Assembly: GCA_026770705.1 (NCBI GenBank)
Contig: JANJGN010000150.1
Coordinates: forward strand, 1,116,001 to 1,180,000
Direction: 5' to 3'
DNA: 64,000 bases
From: Isurus oxyrinchus
Taxonomy: Eukaryota
Shown here: piece by piece, positions 61,075-64,000 of the stretch
How the letters are laid out: every line of letters begins with the position of its first letter
Numbering within the stretch: position 1 is the stretch's first letter
Program-made: the position numbers and the translations under genes
Notes under the pieces: model-generated
Seen by the model: only the letters and a program-made list of their open reading frames with translations
Told to the model about the DNA's origin: nothing
Database searches by the model: none

Positions 61075-61640
61075 AATCTGGGGGGTTATATCCAATTCTG
61101 GGCGTGTTGCACTTTGGGAAGGATGTCAGGGCCTTGGAGAGGGTGCAGAGGAGATTTACCAGGATGTTCCCAGGAATGAGGGACTTCAGATCATGTGGAG
61201 AGACTGGAGAAGCTGGGATTGTTCTCCTTCGAGCAGAGAAGGTTAAGGGGGAGATTGAATTGAAGCGTTCAAAATCATAAGGGGTTTGGATAGAGTAAAT
61301 AAGGAGAAACTGTTTCCAGTGGCAGGATGGTCGGTAAACAGAAGGACATAGATTGATGAGAATTGGTAAAAGAACCAGATGGGGAGATAAGAATTTTTTT
61401 TTTACACAGCGAGTTGTTGTGATCTGGAAGGCGCTGCCTGAAAGGGCGGTGGAAGCAGATTCAATAGCAACTTTCACAAGGGGGGAATTGGATAAATACT
61501 CAAAGGGGAAAATTTTGCAGGTCTATGAGGGAAAGAGTGGGGTCACGGACATTCGGGACTAATTGGACAGATCTTTCAAAGAGCCAGCACAGGCACGATG
61601 GGCTGAATGGTTTGTTTTGTCTCCTTATTCCTCCTCCTGA
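61075..61640 (+). mobile_element. CR1 LINE 3' fragment
   Basis: gccttggagagggtgcagaggagatttaccagg...FFTQRVVVIWKALPERAVEA. Confidence 0.85.
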
Positions 61641-61917
61641 AATATATCACCTCTGAATTCTCTGAATTAAATGTCATCTCTCTGTCCAAACTCCCAATTA
61701 GTCCCTGTCCTCCTGAAGTCACTGACCCATCCTTTTCCCAGTTTGTCATGTTCCTGAACTCAACACCAATCCGGAGTTGGGAAAATTTCAGACAGTGAAC
61801 CAACCACAAGAATTAAAATTCAGTCACAATATTATAATCTGGTTGCAACCTCCAGCATTACAATGGGAATCTTATCATTTCCCTGGCTTGTAATTTTATC
61901 TTAACCTACGTCCTCAG

Positions 61918-62050
61918 ACCAGGAGGAATTGGAATAAAACAGACAGGAAAGGCGATCCCAGAGGAGCAGCCTGAAATGATGTCCGTGAGACAGAAACCAA
62001 ACAGAATGAAATGTGTTGAAATATTCTCTCCCCTTCCCAAAATGGGCCAG
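61918..62050 (+). CDS. Gene B candidate cytoplasmic exon 1 (KPGGIGIKQTGKAIPEEQPEMMSVRQKPNRMKCVEIFSPLPKMGQ); gene probably continues beyond the window
   Basis: tcctcAG| and cag|GTAATA, 133 nt, phase 2-0, open and in frame with the TM exon. Non-repetitive sequence. Confidence 0.6.
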
Positions 62051-62299
62051 GTAATAACTTTCCCCATGGCTGATGCATGTGGTGCAATTACTCCTTCACC
62101 TCATAGATGGAGTACCAGATGCTAAGGTTAAGGACAGACATCCATTTATACGGCACATTCCCCTTCTCTCTCGATAAGGCTTCAGTTATTACATGTTAAA
62201 CAGGAGCCATGGAGCACAGTGCGCTGAGGAGTGACAATAGTTAACAGGGCTCCCATTAACATAACTCACCTTCACCCTATTAGGCTGACAAGTCCCTAG

Positions 62300-63705
62300 G
62301 TTCTCATGAGCTGCATCTTCACACCTTAAATGTGGCTGCAGAGAAAGTAGATGTGTTGCTTGTAATTTTCCAAAACTCCCTAGATTCTGGAAAAGTCCCA
62401 GCAGATTGAAAAAAATCTCAAATGTAACATTTCTATTCAAGAAAGGAGGGAGACAGAAACAGGAAAGTACAGGCCACTTAGTCCAACACCTGTGATAGGG
62501 AAAATACTAGAATCTATTAATAAGGAGGTTAGAGAGAACATTTAGCAAATCTAAATGCAATCAGGCAGAGTCACCATGGTTTTGCATTCTTTAACAAAGT
62601 ATCAAGCAACTGTGGATAAAGGAGATGTGGTATACTTGGATTTACATAAGGCATTCAACACGGTGTCACTTCAAAGGTTACAAGTCAAAATATGAGCTCC
62701 TGGTGTCAGGGGTAACATATTAGCGTGCAGAGAGGATTGGTTCAGGAACAGGAGCATAGAATAGGGATAAGCAGGTTATTTTCGGGTTAGCAGGGTTTAA
62801 TGAGTGCAATGCAATAGGGATCAGTGCTGGAGCCTCAACTATTTACAACTTACGTCAATGACTTAGATGAAGGGACCGAATGTATTGTTGCTAACGTTGC
62901 TGATGACACAAAGAAAGGCAGGAGAGTGAGTTGTGAAGAGGACATAAGGAGTCTGCAAAGGGATATAGATAGGCTAAGTGAATGGGTACAAAATTGGCAG
63001 ATGGAGCATAAGGTGGGAAAATATGACCTTGTCCACTTGGGCAGGAGAAGAGAAAAGCAGCAAATGATCTAAATGGAGAGAGATTGCAGAACTTTAAGGT
63101 ACAGAGGGATCTGGGTGTCCTGGTACATGAATCACAATAAGTTAGTAAGCAGATGCAGCAAGTGATTAGGAAGGCAAATGGAATGTTGCCATTTATTGCG
63201 AGGGGACTGGAATATAAAAGTAGGGATGTTTTTTCTACAGTTGCACAGGGCATTGGTGAGACCACATCTGGAAAACTGTGCACAGTTTTGGTCCCATTTT
63301 AGAAAGGACATTATTGCATTAGTCGCAGTTCAGAGAAGGTTCGCTCGACTGGTTCCTGGAACGTGGGGGTTATCTTACGAGGAAAGGTTGGACAGGCTGG
63401 GCCTGAAGCCATTGGAGGCAACACAGTTTCAAAATAAGGAGCCTTCCATTTAAAATGGTGATGAGGAGGGATTATTTCCCCTCAGGGATTCTTCAGTATT
63501 TGGAATTCTCCTACCCTGGCAGCAGTGGATGCTGGATCATTGAACGTGTTTAAGGCTGAGTTAGTTGGATTCCTGACTGACAAGACAGCTAGGGGTATAG
63601 GAGGTAAACGGGAAAGTTGTGTTAAGGCCACAGTCAGATTAACCATGATCATATAAAATGGTGGAACAGGCTCGAGGGGCCGAAAGGTCTGTGTCTGTCC
63701 CTAAT
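62300..63705 (+). mobile_element. Degenerate CR1 LINE ORF2 (RT) and 3' end
   Basis: VLEPQLFTTYVNDLDEGTECIVANVADDTK and LHRALVRPHLENCAQFW, with many stops and frameshifts. Confidence 0.9.
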
Positions 63706-63906
63706 TCATATGTGCGTGTGTCCCAGAGCATTTCACAGCCAATGAAGTAATTTTGAAGAGTAGTCATATGTTGTAACGTAGGATACGAGGCAGCCAATTC
63801 TTACACAGCAAGATCCAACAAACAGCAATGTGATAATGACCCAGGTCACCTGTGTGGATCTGCTGATCGAGGAAAACTCAACCGCACATCTTTAGAAGTA
63901 AAAGTA

Positions 63907-64000
63907 TCAATAATCAAACCCCATTCAGTATCAACAATAAAACCCCGTTCAGCATCAATAATCAAACCCCGTTCAGCATCAATAATCAAACCCCGTTCAG
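63907..64000. repeat. 24-bp minisatellite running off the window end
   Basis: caataatcaaaccccgttcagcat, about 4 copies. Confidence 0.85.

Noticed and set aside
32156-62050. Assigning the symbol MAG, CD22 or SIGLEC1
   Set aside because: Domain count, loss of the essential Arg, divergent tails and recent duplication argue against one-to-one orthology.

Overview
Vertebrate genomic DNA, very likely from a shark or other cartilaginous fish (inferred from the CR1/L2 LINE, tRNA-SINE and minisatellite content). Two tandem + strand Siglec-family (MAG/Siglec-4-like) receptor genes can be assembled from canonical GT-AG exons with matching phases. Gene A (~6245-25441): signal peptide, V-set, C2, six copies of a 258-nt C2 exon (four intact, one deleted, one frameshifted), a TM exon, and a tail with an ITIM (LLYANI) and an ITSM-like motif (TEYTLI). 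Gene B (32156 to beyond 62050): near-identical 5' end, eleven intact copies of the same C2 exon in a ~1.7-kb tandem array, then a different 3' end (MAG-domain-5-like Ig exon, MAG-like TM, unrelated tail that leaves the window). Both V-set domains have Tyr in place of the Arg that Siglecs need for sialic-acid binding. Most 1.7-kb units also carry a sense-strand minimal type I hammerhead-ribozyme-like motif in the intron. The picture is a pair of receptors with a shared head, an expandable stalk and different tails, shaped by duplication, unequal crossover and probable gene conversion. Other content: PIF/Harbinger remnants, LINE/SINE fragments, mini- and microsatellites, three assembly gaps. Comparisons with mammalian proteins are from memory and need confirming by alignment. 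Repeat boundaries are approximate.
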